Shown: positions 1-19,629, counted from the first letter of the stretch. The stretch: 64,000 nucleotides of DNA from the human T2T-CHM13v2.0 reference genome, Homo sapiens (GCF_009914755.1 NC_060930.1); one strand, 5' to 3'. The notes: a model not told the origin generated them from the sequence alone. Made by a program: numbers and translations.

Positions 1-212
1 GACCTCCCTGCTCAATCAATCCTCCCACCTCAGCCTCCTAAGTAGCTGGGACTACAGGTGCATGCCACCACGCCTAGCTAATTTTTGTATTTGTTGTAGA
101 GACAGGAGTCTCACCATGTTGCCCAGGCTGGTCTCAAACTCCTGGGCTGAAGGGAACTGTCCGCCTCAGCCTCCCATAGTGCTGGAATTACAGGCATGAG
201 CCATCGCACTTA
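1..212 (-). mobile_element. AluJ-like (partial, cut by window edge)
   Basis: Diverged antisense Alu sequence. Confidence 0.85.
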
Positions 213-954
213 ACCAAAAGTCATACCTTTTTACAAAATATATCCTGAAATTTATTTGAATCTGGCAGTTATGTAGGAATTTTTTATGCTACATGGATAG
301 CAACTCATTGGTTTGAATTGTCATCTTTATCATATTTCACATTCTTTATGTACATGGTTTTATTTCTTGATTGTATTCTGTTTTACTCACAGGTTTATTC
401 CTGTAGCAATAAAAACTATGCTAATTTGTAAATATTTTATAAAATTTCTGAATTATGATCTTATTATATTATTTTGTTTTAATGTTATATATTGATATAC
501 AAGACAATTTTTCATGTCTGTACATTAATTTTTTAAAAATCTTCCAAATCCTATTATTTCTAATAGTCTTTCAGTTGATTTTCAGTTTATTTCTTTGGAA
601 CTTAAGATACAAATCAAAAATAAATGTATTGTCATCACCCTCTAATATTATAAAAGCACATCATGTTTGTAACAGCCTTTAACTGTCTAGTGATAGAAAC
701 CTTGATATCTCAGTATTTGATAACTTACTTTAGGGCATTGATTACATAATTCACTTCTTTTGTATTCCGAATTGCATCCACCACAGAGCTGAATATACAT
801 AGATACCTAGGAAAATTTATTGAATGGAATCCATTCAATAAATTGATATTGAATGAAATTTATTGAATGGAATTGATACTCCTGAGCCCTTCTCAATATT
901 AGTTCCTCAGTTGTTGTGATTTGTTAATTCAAAAAAAAAAGGGGGTTTGTGATG

Positions 955-1224
955 TAATTCAGGAATGGAAAACCAAACATCGTATGTTCTCACTGATAAG
1001 TGGGAGCAAAACTATGAGAATGCAAAGGCATAAAAATGATACAATGGGCTTTGGGGACTTAGGGGAAAGAGTGGGAGCAGGGTGAGGGATAAAAGACTAC
1101 AAATATGGTGTAGTGTATACATGGCTGATGGGTGCACCAAAATCTCACAGATCACCACTAAAGAATTTACTCATGTAACCAAATAGCACCTGTTCCCCCA
1201 ATAACTTATGGAAACATTAAAAAA
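955..1224 (+). mobile_element. L1 3' end fragment (L1PB-like)
   Basis: ATGTTCTCACTGATAAGTGGGAGC...GGGTGCACCAAAATCTCACAGATCACCACTAAAGAA is an L1 3' UTR, with a short A tail and a degenerate TSD (AAAAAGGGG/TTTTG). Confidence 0.8.
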
Positions 1225-3438
1225 GGGTTTTGTTGCTAAAGATGGGAAAATTATGATTAAACAAAGCTTTTAACATGTTATTGTGCCCTGTGAATCTACA
1301 AAAAGAGGGCATAGCAAAATACACTTCCACAAATGATTCAACCGTGAATTCTTTTTTCTTTATCATAAAGGATCTCACAATACTAGAGTTCTGAAGAGCA
1401 TTAATTGTTTGTTGTTTTCTGCAGCACATGGCTTCTAGAATTCAAAAAAACTTTTCAGTTAATACTTTCAACTAGTACATGCAGATCTCTGTTAACGTAA
1501 GATAAAAGTAATGTAAAATACCAATGCTCAAGCATAGAACTCTGCTTCGTGCAATTTGGCCCACAATTCTAACATTTTATTTTTGGACAAGACATTCTTG
1601 TGGTGACTTTTTTTTTTTAAGAAAACATTTCTCAATATCAAGAATCACCCAATAAAATTATAGATGACCTTCAGAGTAAATGTCCATGTTTTTAAAAATG
1701 ATGCAGAAAATATAATAAACTTGAGCACTTTGTATATCCTCTCCTGTGAACCATGGTTACATTCAATTGTACATTCACTTCACTTTTGTCCCTCCAGGCC
1801 CTATGTGGGAACATGTAGTACTTTCACTGGTCAAATTGGCAGACCGTGTCTCTCTTGCTGTTGCCACACATCAGCTGTGCCATTCTCTGTAGGTGGTGAA
1901 CGGAAGGCAACTCAACAAAGGAACAAACTGTCTATTCCTACTGCCAAACCCTGGAAGCAAGGAGCCCACACAAAAAGATAAGAATAAATAAAACGACAGT
2001 AAAATAAAATGGAGACTGCAATATTGGAAACAACTAAAATCAGTTTCAGTAGCAGGGAAATTAACAAATAAATTATGGTGGTACATTCATATAATGGAAT
2101 ACTCTAAAGATAATAAAGATTCTGTTTCTAAAAAAATCTCAGGGTCTAGGGGAAAACTCACAATACAATGTAATGAAAAAGCTGGTTGCATAGCTGGGTG
2201 TAAATTATAGATATATATGTATACATATATATATATGAGGAAAAATACTAAAAGAAAATTCAATCAAAAGATTACTAGGGCTAGAATTAGAAGTTTTTTA
2301 TTCTTCTGTAGTTCTCTATGTTATAAATATTTTATTTAAAATGTATACTCTTATTATAATTAGAAAAAAGTTAAAATCTTTTTTAGAACATTTAGTTTTC
2401 CATTCAGTAGTTGAAACATTTAGTAGTTCCATTCTTCCATTTTTAAGTTTGGGTTACAAATATAAAAAACTAAAGCATGCAATTCTATATTAAAGGCAAT
2501 GAAGTCTTCGGCAAAGATTTATATAAAATACTAAACTTTTAAAAAAATGCTACTAACCATGGTAAACCTAAGTAGTGTTTTAAACTACAGTTTAAATCAA
2601 AAGTGTATAAGTGCAAGTTTCTTTTTAATCTGCCACATAATTCTATCTCCAATACTTTAGAATAATATAATGAATACTATATTTAGTACTTGCATTATGT
2701 TTAAAAGTATGGCTATAGATAGGGTCATATGCAAACTATCATGATATTTTATTTGTCTTTAGACAGGAAGAGTGCATTTTCTCTGTCTATAGAGTACTTG
2801 GTTTTTAAAGTTAATTCAGTGACTGTTTTAAGCACAACTAAATTACAACTGAAAAGAGATGGTACAATAGTTAGAGAAGGGATGACACCCAGAAATGAGA
2901 ATGAAAGCATGAATTTCCATATAAAAAACTCACTAACTAAAATAATAAATGCACAAACAGAAATAAAGAAATGTACAAATAATTATTGCTTTAAAATATT
3001 ATTTTACATGGCAACTGTATCTGCTTCCTTTTTCATCCAGCTCCCTACACAGCTGGAATTAGCAGGCATTATCCTGTGGCCAAACCGATTTCAGGTTTCA
3101 AGACAACTACTAATGACTTTGTAATAAATAAGTTTAAATAGAAAGTTTTTAAGTGTGCAAAATTGGCAAAATTGATTCCATTTAAACCTCCTTTACCCAG
3201 TCCTCTAGCCCAAAAAATATATGACCACATACCCTAAAGAAATAAAATAGCCTGCTTTATCTTCTGCAATTATAAGGGCTCCTAACTTATTTAAGAAAAA
3301 ATAATCTATCTTGCCTTGTTGCCACCACTTCTCATAAGAAAACTCCTCATAAAGAGAAAACAATTCTATCAGTTATAACAAGCTGAATGCTACATGTTCT
3401 AGTTCCTGCAAAGACAAATATTAGATTGTGAGACTTAC

Positions 3439-3561
3439 CAGATTAGTTACACACGACTTTAGGCAGCTATTTAAAACTGTACACTGCACCACAGAAATCC
3501 ATAGGCAGCCAAGAGTTGCAAAATTGACAAGCTTCGGAATAAGACAGTAAATGTTCTTCAT
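3439..3561 (-). CDS. ROS1: ROS1 receptor tyrosine kinase, first coding exon (signal peptide)
   Basis: The minus strand from ATG at 3561 translates as MKNIYCLIPKLVNFATLGCLWISVVQCTVLNSCLKSCVTNL, the N-terminus of human ROS1. It is 123 nt long and followed by a canonical GTAAGT donor (3438-3433). Bases 1-3438 are ROS1 intron 1. Confidence 0.97.
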
Positions 3562-3760
3562 CACTTCACCAATGGCAGATTTTTAGATGGCCGGTCTAAT
3601 TTTCTCCATTTTGCTATATGAATTATTTGGGCTTCATCACTTCAATTGGAGGAGTAGCTGATGGATTTTGCTTTGTTTGTTTTGCTATATTAGGATATAC
3701 TTGCCTTTTGAAATAATACTTAGCCTTTTTCATTTAGACCTTTGAATGCTTGAAAGCTTG
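3562..3760 (-). other. ROS1: ROS1 5' UTR (approximate; contains uORFs)
   Basis: Contiguous with the ATG. The 5' end (CAAGCTTTCAAGCATTCAAAGG...) matches my recollection of the ROS1 mRNA start; the exact TSS cannot be determined from sequence. Confidence 0.7.
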
Positions 3761-4643
<883 letters not shown>

Positions 4644-4780
4644 GTACAACAGGCCAACCTCCTTGTTTTCTTAAATAAATTATACTAAATGTAACTTAAC
4701 CTTTTCTTAATGATATAAGGTTCTCCCTATGAGTAACACATGCATGAGGTTTTGTTTTGAGCTGAACGTCTTTTGATTGG

Positions 4781-7700
4781 ATTTTTGTTTGTTTGTTTTT
4801 TAATTTTTGTGGGTACATAGTAGGTGTATGTATTTATGGGGTACAGGAGATGTTTTGAAACAGACATGCCATGTGAAATGAGCACATCATGAAGAATGGG
4901 GTGTCCATCCCCTCAAGCATTTATCCACTGAGTTGCAAACAATCCAAGTATGCTCTAAGTCATTTTAATATGTACAGTTATTATTGACTGTAGTCACCCT
5001 GTTGTGCTATCAAATAGTAGGTCTTATTTATTCTTTCTACATTTTTTGTACCCATTAACTGTCCCCATCTCCCATCCCCCACCCCACCCACCACCACCCT
5101 TCCCAGCCTCTGGCAACCATCCTTATACTCTCTTTGTCCATGAATTCAATTGTTTTGATTTCTAGATCCCATAAATAAGTGAAAACATGCAATGCTTGCC
5201 TTTCTGTGCCTAGCTCAATTCACTTAACGTAATAATCTCCAGTTCCATCCATGTTGTTGGACGTGACTGAATATGGCTGAATAGTTCTCCATTGTGTATA
5301 TGTACCACATTTTCTTTACCCATTCATCTGTTGATGCATACTTAGGTTGCTTCCAAATCTTAGCTATTGTAAACAGTGCTGCAATAAACATTCACATGCA
5401 GATATTTCTTTGATATACTGATTTTCTTTCTTTTAGGCATATACCCAGCAGTAGAATTCTAGATCATATGGTAGCTCAATTTTTAGTTTTTTGAGGAACT
5501 TCCAAACTGTTCTCCATAGTGGTTGTATTGATTTACATTCTCATCAAAAATATACAAGGGTTTCCTTTTCTCCACATTGCCACCAGCATTTGTTATAGCC
5601 TGTCTTTTGGACATAAGCCATTTTAACTGGGTAAGATGATATCCCATTGTAGTTTTGATTTGCATTTTTCTGATGATTAATGATGTTAAACACCTTTTCA
5701 TATGCCTGTTTGTCATTCGTATGTCTTTTGAGAAATGTCTATTCAAATCTTTTGCCCATCCTTTGATTGGATTATTTGATTTTTTTCCTATAGAGTTGTT
5801 TGAGCTTTTTATTTATTCTGGTTATTAATCCCTTGTCTGATGGGTAGTTTGCAAATATTTTCTCCCATTCTGTGGGTTTTCTCTTAACTTTGTTAATTGT
5901 ATCCTTTGCTGTAAAGAAGATTTTTAACTTGATGTGATCTCGTTTGTCCATTTTTGCTTTGGTTGCCTGTGCTTGTTGGGTATTGCTCAAGAAATTTTTA
6001 CCCCAACCAATGTCCTGGAGATTTCCCCAATGTTTTTTGTAGTAGTTTCATGGTTTGAGGTCTTAGATTTAAGTCTTTAGTCCATTTTGATTTGAATTTT
6101 GTATATGGAGAGAGATAGGGGTCTAGTTTTATTCCTTTATATATGTATATCCAGTTTTCCCCACACCATTTATTGAAGAGACTGTCTTTTCCCCAGTGTA
6201 TGTTCTTGGCATCTTTGTCAAAAATGAGTTTACTGTAGGTGTGTGGATTTCTTTCTGGATTCCCTAGTCTGTTTCACTGATCTGTGTGTCTATTTTTATG
6301 CCAGTAGCATGCTGTTTTGGTTACTATAGCTCTGTAGTATAATTTGAAGTCAGGTAATGTAATTCCTCCAGTTTTGTTCTTTTGCTTAGGATAGCTTTGG
6401 CTATTCTTGGTCTCTTGTGGTTCAATATAAATCTTAGGATTGTTTTTTTCTATTTCTGTGAAGAGTGTCATTGGTATTTTTATAGGGATTGCATTGAATC
6501 TGTAGATTGCTTTGGGGAGTATGGACATTTTAACAATATTGACTTTTCCAATTAATGAACATGGAATGTTTTTCCATTTTTTGTGTGTCCTAATCAATGT
6601 CTTTAATCAGTGTTTTATAGTTTTCATTACAGAGATCTTTCACTTCTTTGGTTAATTCCTAGATACTTAATTTTATTTGTAGCTATTGTAAATGGAATTA
6701 CTTTCTTGATTTCTTTTTCAGATTGTTCACTCTTGACATACAGAAATGCTACTACTGAATTACTAAATTTGTTTATCAGTTCTGCTAGTTTTCCTGTGGA
6801 GTCTCCAGGTTTCTCAGCATGTGAGATATGTCATCTGCAAACAAGGATAATTTGACTTCCTCCTTTACAATTTGGATGCCCTTAATATCTTTCTCTTGTC
6901 TGATTGCTCTAGCTGGGATGTCCAGTACTGTGTTGAATAACGGTGGTGAAGTGGGCATCTTTGTCATGTTCCAGACCTTAGAGGAAAGGCTTTCAGTTTT
7001 TCCCCATTCAGTACAATACTAGCTGTGGGTAGGTTATATATGGCTTTTATTATGTTCAGGTATGTTCCTTCTATCCCCAGTTTTTTTTTTTAGGGTTTTT
7101 ATCATAAAAGGATGTTGAATTTTACCAAATGCTTTTTCAGCATCAATTAAAATGATCATATGCTTTTGATCCTTCATTCTTTTGATATGATGTAGCACAC
7201 TGATTGATTTGTATATGTTGAATCATCCTTCCATCCCAGGGATAAATCCCACTTGGTCATGATGAATGATCTTTCTAATGTATTGTTGAATTCAATTTGC
7301 TAGTATTTAGTTGTGGACTTTTGCATCAATATGTATCAAAGATTGGCCTGTAGTTTTCTTTTTTGGTGTGTCTTTATCTGGTTTCAGTATCAGGGAAGTA
7401 CTGGCCTCATAGAATGAGTTTGGAAGTATTCCCTCCTTCTCTGTTTTTCAGAATAAGTTGAGTAGGATTCGTATTAGTTTTTCTTTAAATATTTGCTAGA
7501 ATTCAGCAGTGAAGCTATTAGGTCTCAGGCTTTTCTTTACTGGGAGACTTTTATTACAGCTTCAATCTCATTACTTGTTATTGGTCTGCTCAGGTTTTGG
7601 ATTTCTTCCTGGTTCAATTTTGGCAGGTTATATGTATCTAGGAACTTGTCCATTGCTTCTATATGTTTCCATTTATTAGCATATAGTTGCTCAGAGTAGC

Positions 7701-8585
7701 CACTAATGATCCTTTGAATACCGCAGATATCAGTTGTAATGTCTCCTTTTTCATTTCTGATTTTATTTATTTTGATCTTCTTTCTTTTTTTCTTAAACTG
7801 GCTAAAGGTTTGTCCATTTTGTTTAACTTTTCAAAAAAATAAAACTTTGTTTCTTTTTTTTTGTTTTTTCCATTTTGTCCTGCTCTGATCTTTATTATTT
7901 CTTTTCTTCTACTAATTCTGGGTTTGGTTTGCTCTTGCTTTTCTAGTTCTTTAAAATGCATCATTAGATTGTCATTTGAAGTTTTTCCTTTTTTTTTGAT
8001 GTAGATACTTAGAGCTATAAAATTCTATCTTACTATTGCTTTTGCTGTATCCCATAGATTTTGGTATATTGTGTTTTCATTATCATTTGTTTCAAGAAAT
8101 TTTTCAATTTCCTTCTTAATTTCTTCATTGGCTCACTGATCGTTCAGGAGCATATTGTTTAAATTCTATGTATTTGAATAGTTTCCAAAATTTCTCTTGT
8201 TATTAATTTCTAGTTTTATTTTTGTCAGAGAAGATGCTTGATATTATCTCAGTTTTTTTAATGTTTTAAGGTTCGTTTTGTGACCTAACATCTGGCCTAT
8301 CCTTAAGAATGATTCATGTGCTGAGGAAAATAATGTGTATTCTGGCTGGGTGCGGTGGCTCATGCCTGTAATCCCAGCACTTTGGGAGCCTGAGGTGGGT
8401 GGATCACGAGGTCAGGAGATCGAGACCATCCCGGCTAACATGGTGAAACCCCGTCTCTACTAAAAATACAAAAACTTAGCTGGACATGGTGGTGGGTGAC
8501 TGTAGTCCCAGCTACTCGGGAGGCTGAGGCAGGAGAATGGTGTGAACCCGGGAGGCGGAGCTTGCAGTGAGCTGAGACTCTGTCT

Positions 8586-8618
<33 letters not shown>

Positions 8619-9351
8619 GTATTCTGCAGCCCTTGGATGAAATGTTCTGTAAATATCTAATAGATCCATTTGATCTATATTGCAGATTAAGTCTGATGTT
8701 TCTTTGTTGATTTTCTGTCTGAATGATCTGTCCAATGCTGAAAGTGAGGTGTGGAAGTCTCCAGCTATTATTGTGTTAGAGTCTCTCTCTCTCCTTAGCT
8801 CTAATAATATTTCTTTTATATATGTGGGTGCTCCAGTGTTGGGTGAATATATATTTAAAATTGTTGTATCCTCTTGCTGAGCCAACCCCCCTTATCATTA
8901 CATAGTGACCTACTTCTCTTCTTATTGCTTTTGTCTTGAATTCTATTTTGTCTGATGTAAGTATAGCTACTCCTGCTCTTGGCATGGAATATTTTTTTAC
9001 AATCCTTTATTTTCCATCTCTGTGTATCTTTATAGGTGAAGTGTGTTTCTTGTAGGCAGAAGATCAACTGTTTTTTTTTTTTCATCCATTCAGCCAGTCT
9101 ATGTCTTTTGATTGGAGAGTTTAGCCCATTGACATTTAAGGTTATTATGGACAAGTAAGGACTTACACCTGTCATTTTGTTCTTTTCATATTGTTTTTTG
9201 GTCTTCTTTCTTTCATTCTTGTCTTCCTCTAGTGAAGATTATTTTCTCTGGTGATATGATTTAGTTTCTTGCTTTTTTTTTTGTGCATTCATTGTATGTT
9301 TTTTAATGTGAAGTTACCATGACACGTGCAAATATGATTTTAAAACTCATT
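4781..9351 (-). mobile_element. L1MA-type LINE-1: degenerate ORF2 plus 3' UTR, 5' part missing
   Basis: Minus-strand ORF fragments follow ORF2 order: EN (ITLNVNGLNSPIKR, LQETH), RT (LSLFADD), C-terminal ([16 protein letters not shown]). T-rich tail near 4781-4808. Confidence 0.95.
8344..8616 (+). mobile_element. AluY/Sc-like inserted in L1
   Basis: Alu with ~30-nt A tail and TSD ending GTGTATTCT on both sides. About 35-40 bp of the right-arm end is deleted (GAGCTGAGACTCTGTCTC). Confidence 0.92.
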
Positions 9352-11429
<2,078 letters not shown>

Positions 11430-12302
11430 AGCTTACACATTTTTATGCATGACCATGCAAGATAAAGATTGCCTGTATAGTAAGCCAACATTGGGGTAAA
11501 GGGTCATAGTTTACACGCAACTGGTGGTCTCCTCAAGGGAGAAAGGAAAAGATTTACTGACTACCTAGTCATTATGGTTGAATTTTGTACCATGAGCATT
11601 AGAGATTCAAAAATAAATTGAAAAATAACAATTTTTAAAATATTCTGCACTATGATTTGAAACATAAGACTTAAAAAGCCTCCTAATTTATCTCAAGTTA
11701 GAATAAGATATTCTAAATAAATCACAAAAGTTCAGACCAAGCAAGCTCCTCTGAAGTGTCTGAACAAAATTTTAGGTGAAAGTATTAAAATGTTGTCCTA
11801 ACAAACAAGACTGAAACTTCTGCACAATCCCTTATAATAAATCAAATTTTCCATAGGATCAATTCTACAATTAAGAGATTACATTCTGAAACAATGGCCT
11901 TTTTCATAAACTGCATCAGTGAGGTAGCTTTGTGAAAGAGCAAATTGTTAAAATGGTTCCCATCATCTAATTCTAATCTTGCTTCCTTGGGATGAGCACT
12001 ACAACTGGTTAGCAACAGAATCGATTTTATGTCATCAGATACATTATGAATTCTGAAATTATATGCATTGAAAATATAAAGTGTATATCCTCAGACTCAG
12101 TTGTATGCAAGAAATATCATATGACCCAAGGGAAGTTAGATTGTATAGTCATAAAAAAGAGCCCCGAATATGGACCCACTGACTTTTTACCATTAAAAAG
12201 GTAAAAAGTCTAGAGAGGAGCCATGTCAACATTCAAGAACTAAGAATTTTACATGCAAGAAAATTCTTACTCAAGCACACACTTCTGCCATCATTTCTCT
12301 CT

Positions 12303-14732
<2,430 letters not shown>

Positions 14733-15512
14733 CCATCATGTCTTACTGCAGTATCAGGCCCACTACAAGACTGGTCATGGTCTACCATAGGTTGAACCTT
14801 GAAATCGGCCAAAACACAGATACACTGAACATCACCAGAGCAATAAGTATTTCTCTCATGGAATATTTTGTGATATTAATCAATGATATCACAAGATATC
14901 CCACCTGATATTGTCCTAATTTAAGTTCCTTACACCCAGTGTATCTCATCTTTATGCCTTGGGGAAGAGGTGATGCCACAGAGTGCAAAGAACAAAAATA
15001 TTAAATAATTAGTATTTGAGTTTTAAAAGCCAATGTTCCAGCCTAGAATAACAGAATCTGAAAACAGATAATAAGTTTAGTTTTTGGTCTGCAATTCGTT
15101 AATGCTATATAATTTTTAAATTAAAAAGTTATTTTAGGCTAGGAACTTGGTTGTTGAAATGCAAAAGTGGGCTATTTGACATTCTTGTCCTCTGCATTCC
15201 ATCCCTGAGGCTTGAAGGTGACAATGGGATCAATCACAGCATGGCTTTTGCATGACATGATGAAAAATAAACTCACATTGTAAAAGGCATAATTTAGGAT
15301 CTTTTTTTTTTTTTTTACTGTCCTCAAATATTTACTTCTGAGTGCTCAGGGGATGTTTTTATCATCATCATTGTTATTATTATTCAGAACATTTTTCCCT
15401 GCCACTTTCAAGTCTGTAGCTTTTTCAGAAGCCTAAAGTTCTAAAAGGCTGGATTTTAAGTGGTTGCTCTTTCTTTGAATGAGTATATTTAATAGTCATT
15501 AAAAATCAGTCT

Positions 15513-15613
15513 CTGGGAGGTTGAGGTAGGAGGATCACTTGAGCCCGGGAGGCGAAGGGTGCAGTGAGCACTCCAGCTTAGGTGACAGAGTGAGAACTTG
15601 TTTAAAAAAAAAA
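15513..15613 (+). mobile_element. Alu right-arm fragment
   Basis: GGGAGGTTGAGGTAGGAGGATCACTTGAGCCCGGGAGG...A tail; flanked by AAAAATCAGT on both sides. Confidence 0.75.
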
Positions 15614-15681
15614 ATCAGTTTCATGAAGAATTTTTAATGACTTGAGGAAATTAATGCTATGATATTAAGTAGAAAGAAGTG

Positions 15682-16872
15682 CAGTCATAAGCCACCTAAT
15701 GACGTTCCAGTCAATGACGGACCAGATATATGGAGGTGGTCCCTTTGGCTGTAATAGAAATGAAAAGTTCTTATTGCCTAGTGACGTTGTAGCTGTCATA
15801 ACATCGTAGTGCAAAGTATTACTCATGTGTTTGTGGTGATGCTGGTGTAAATAAACCTACTGCACTGCTAGTTGTATAGAAGTATTACATATACAATTAT
15901 GTAGAGTACATAATACTTGATAATGATAATAAAGAACTATGTACTGGTTTATATGTTTACTAAACTATACTTTATTATTTTAGAGTATGCTCCTTCTACT
16001 TATTAAAAAAAAAAAAAGTTAACTATAAAACGGCTTTAGGTAGGTCCTGAGGCAGAAGGTATTCCAGAAGAAGGCCTTGTTAAAAGAGATGGCTGCTTCA
16101 TGTGTGTTATTACCACTGAAAACTTTTCAGTGGGACAAGATCTGGAGGTGGAAGACAGAGATATTGATGATCCTGATTCCGTGTAAGCCTAAGCTAATGC
16201 GTTTGTATTCTAGTTTTTAACAAGAAAATTTTAAAAGTAAAAATTAAAAAATAAAAAAATTAAATAGAATAAAGCTAATAGAATAAGGATATAAATAAAG
16301 AAAATATTTTTGGACAACCGTACAATGTGTGTGTTTTATGCTGTGTTATTACAAGAGTCAAAACTTTTTTTTAAGTTTTTATGGTAAGCTAAGGTCAATT
16401 TATTATTGAAGAAAGAAAAATATTTTTATAAACTTAGTGCAGCTGAAGTATACAGTGTTTATAAAGTCTATAGTAGTGTACAAGAACATCCTTTGCCTTC
16501 ATATTCACTCACCACTCACTCACTGAATTACCTAGATCCACTTTCAGTCCTGCAAGCTGCATTCATGGTAAGTGCCCTGTAAATGTGTACCCTTTTTTAT
16601 CTTGTATGCCATATATTACTGTACCTTTTCTATGTTTAAATATATTTAGATGCACAAATACTTATCATCGTGTTACAATTGCCTACATCATCCAATATAG
16701 TAACATGCTATACAGGTTTGTTGCCTAGAAGCAATAGGCTATACCATATAGCCTAGGCATGTAGTTGGCTATACCATCTAAGTTTGTGAAGGTACACTCT
16801 ATGATGTTCACACAAAATTGCCTAACAATGCATTTCTTAGAATGTACTTCATCATTAAGTGATGAATAACTG
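15682..16872 (+). mobile_element. Tigger3b/Golem-type DNA transposon (TcMar-Tigger)
   Basis: Degenerate terminal inverted repeats CAGTCATAAGCCACCTAATGACG ... CATCATTAAGTGATGAATAACTG, TA on the right flank, ~1.2 kb, typical Tigger3 internal sequence. Confidence 0.85.
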
Positions 16873-18380
16873 TATATAAAACCATATATTTTTATGATAA
16901 TGATCTCATCTATGTAAAATAAAATAGAAAAAATTGATAGAAATATACCAAAATATTTTTCTCTGAGTGGTTTAAAAAATGAAAACTTCTGTGTCTTCAC
17001 ACATTTCCCTAGTTTATATATTTTCTGCAAGACAAATGCTACAATAAGAGCAGTAGTTTTATTACTTCCTGTATCATATTTACAGATTTGTTTATACAAA
17101 TTTCATGAAATCTTTTGTCTGTTTCCCTGATTCCCAGCATGCATAGACCCCAGCTTCTCTCAAGTGACACCTCCAACAGGTAGCTCATCTGTGCCCCCAG
17201 GTTTGGGCTCTCATTGCCGCCATGGGTCAGAATTTAAGGCACCTTCACTCCATAGATGAAGATTGTATTGGATCAATTTTGCTCAATTTCTCATTTTAGC
17301 CTTGTGACTCATTTCCAACTGCTGAGTCTCTGGCCAGAGTCAGGGTTCCATAAACTTCTGTTAGACCCATCCAAATTTGTATCTTCACAAATAATCTGCA
17401 TACTGATGACTGGTTCTCATTCATTGGCTACTAGCTGAATTTTCTGCATCAGAACCGCTAGTCTCCAAGAATATTACTTGTGCCTCATGCACTGATATCC
17501 CTATGGTTTATCTCGACCCTGCTATCCATAGATTCAGTGCAACCTACCATTGCTCCTTCTAGAGATCCATTGCCTCCTTAACTCTTCGTCTTAACAAAAG
17601 CATTGCCTTTTATTTAATTATCCCAAGTATTTGCATTTTTGAGCCTTTTAAATGTAATAGTAGACAAAAGACATTGTGTGTCTTAATGGAAGCTATTTCT
17701 AGAAATTGAGCCCAGATACTGGATGACCCTCTAAACATTTTACCTAAAGGTAGCCCTGAAGTGAAAACTGCTTTAGTGGTAAAGGTAAGAGATTTTCCAA
17801 AGCAAAGCCAGGCTTCTCAGCCTTTTCTTTATCTCCCAGGCTCCAGAGATACAGGAGCCAAAGTTGAAATAGGGTTTTCACTGGTTTTCTTCCTCGTGAA
17901 TACCCCCAACCATGTTCTCTATGCAGTTTCTCTACTCCCAGTATACTGAGGCCCATGAATCCTACAGGATACCATTGCAGCACCAGTCACTGTGCAGACT
18001 ACCCACCTCTACTACCATCCCCCTCTCGGGCCAGAATCACTGCTGTTTCAAACTCTCACTCTAGGCATGACTATATGGACAGAAAAATGAAAAGCAACTG
18101 GCAAGGAACATCTGATGGACAGAGATAGCAAGGAGATTATTGATGAGGCTCATGGAGGCAGAGAACCTCAGTGAGAGATGGGACTGGGTCAAGGGGGTGG
18201 GGACAGAAACTGTTACCCATGAAAACCAAGTCTTAGGAGAAAAGAAGGAAACCCTACTAAATACATCATTTAGGGTTGTTTACCATTTATGACTAATTAG
18301 TCTGAGCACAAAATCAATTCTGAATACCAACTTCAGACTAAAAAACTATCCTTCCAAGTTACCTTAAAGTTCATCTAGGA

Positions 18381-18679
<299 letters not shown>

Positions 18680-18898
18680 CTAGGAACAAGAAGAATGAGC
18701 ATCTTTCAGGTTTCTTTGCTTCAAAAATTATTGCACTGTTAAAGTGAGGTTCTTGACAAATCAAGAAATGGTTCTTGAACTTTAACATGTATGGAGAGTT
18801 TATCAGGTGGTAGAGCATGTTGTTAGATACTTTGATGCACTTTATTTCTCTTATCCCGTACATTAGGCCTGTAACACTAAAGCCCTCACCTTTTCTAT

Positions 18899-19334
18899 TG
18901 TTAAAAAAATGTAAAAAAAAAAAAAAAAAAAACTTAAGGCAAATTAAATTTAACAGAGTTTATTTGAGCAAAGAATGATTCATGAATCAGGCAGCATTCA
19001 GAACCAGGAGAGGTTCAGAGAGTTCCACCCAGCAGCATGAACAATAAGCTTTTATAGGCTGAACACTGAAGAAAGTATATAAATCATCTGATTGACTACA
19101 GCTAGACAGTTGCCTCATTTGGGCATGGTGTGATGAGTCTTTTGACTTATTGGAGCATGGTCTGATCAGTTACAGCCTATGATTGGGTGAAGCTCAACTG
19201 TTTGTTACAAAAGTGTGCTCCTAAATTAAGTGTTTATTTATTTAAGTACTAAGTTATATTGCAGTGTATTACATAAAAACTTAAAGAATGGAGATATCCT
19301 CAGGGCAATGGCCTCCTACTTATTTAATCCGACA
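18899..19334 (-). mobile_element. ERV1 MER4-group solo LTR (MER57/MER93-like; family uncertain)
   Basis: TGTTAAA...CAAATTAAATTTAACAGAGTTTATTTGAGCAAAGAATGATTCATGAATCAGGCAGC resembles this LTR group; TG...CA ends. Confidence 0.6.
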
Positions 19335-19384
19335 CCATCTCCTAGAAATTACACAGTAATTACGCCATGGACTCCCATATTAGT

Positions 19385-19500
19385 CATGTCCAACCCTGAT
19401 GTCACCACTTATAAGCTAAGTGACCACAGGAGTTACTTAAGTTCTGTCTGCCTCAATTTTCTCATCTGTAAATGGAGGTAATAACTGATTCAACCTCAAA
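19385..19500 (+). mobile_element. MIR fragment
   Basis: MIR core: GTTACTTAAGTTCTGTCTGCCTCAATTTTCTCATCTGTAAATGGAGGTAATAA. Confidence 0.7.
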
Positions 19501-19629
19501 ATGTTGGTACCCGCCACTTGGGAAATTCCTAATAAATTACCTCACATGTTTTAAAATTTTGTAATTTTAGAAGTTCATGTTGTTCAAGTTAGAGGGTAAA
19601 TTAGTCATAATGATTTGTCACATAAAGAT

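Noticed and set aside
1664-3124. 105-aa and 131-aa plus-strand ORFs antisense in ROS1 intron 1
   Set aside because: No recognisable homology or splice support; lengths are compatible with chance.
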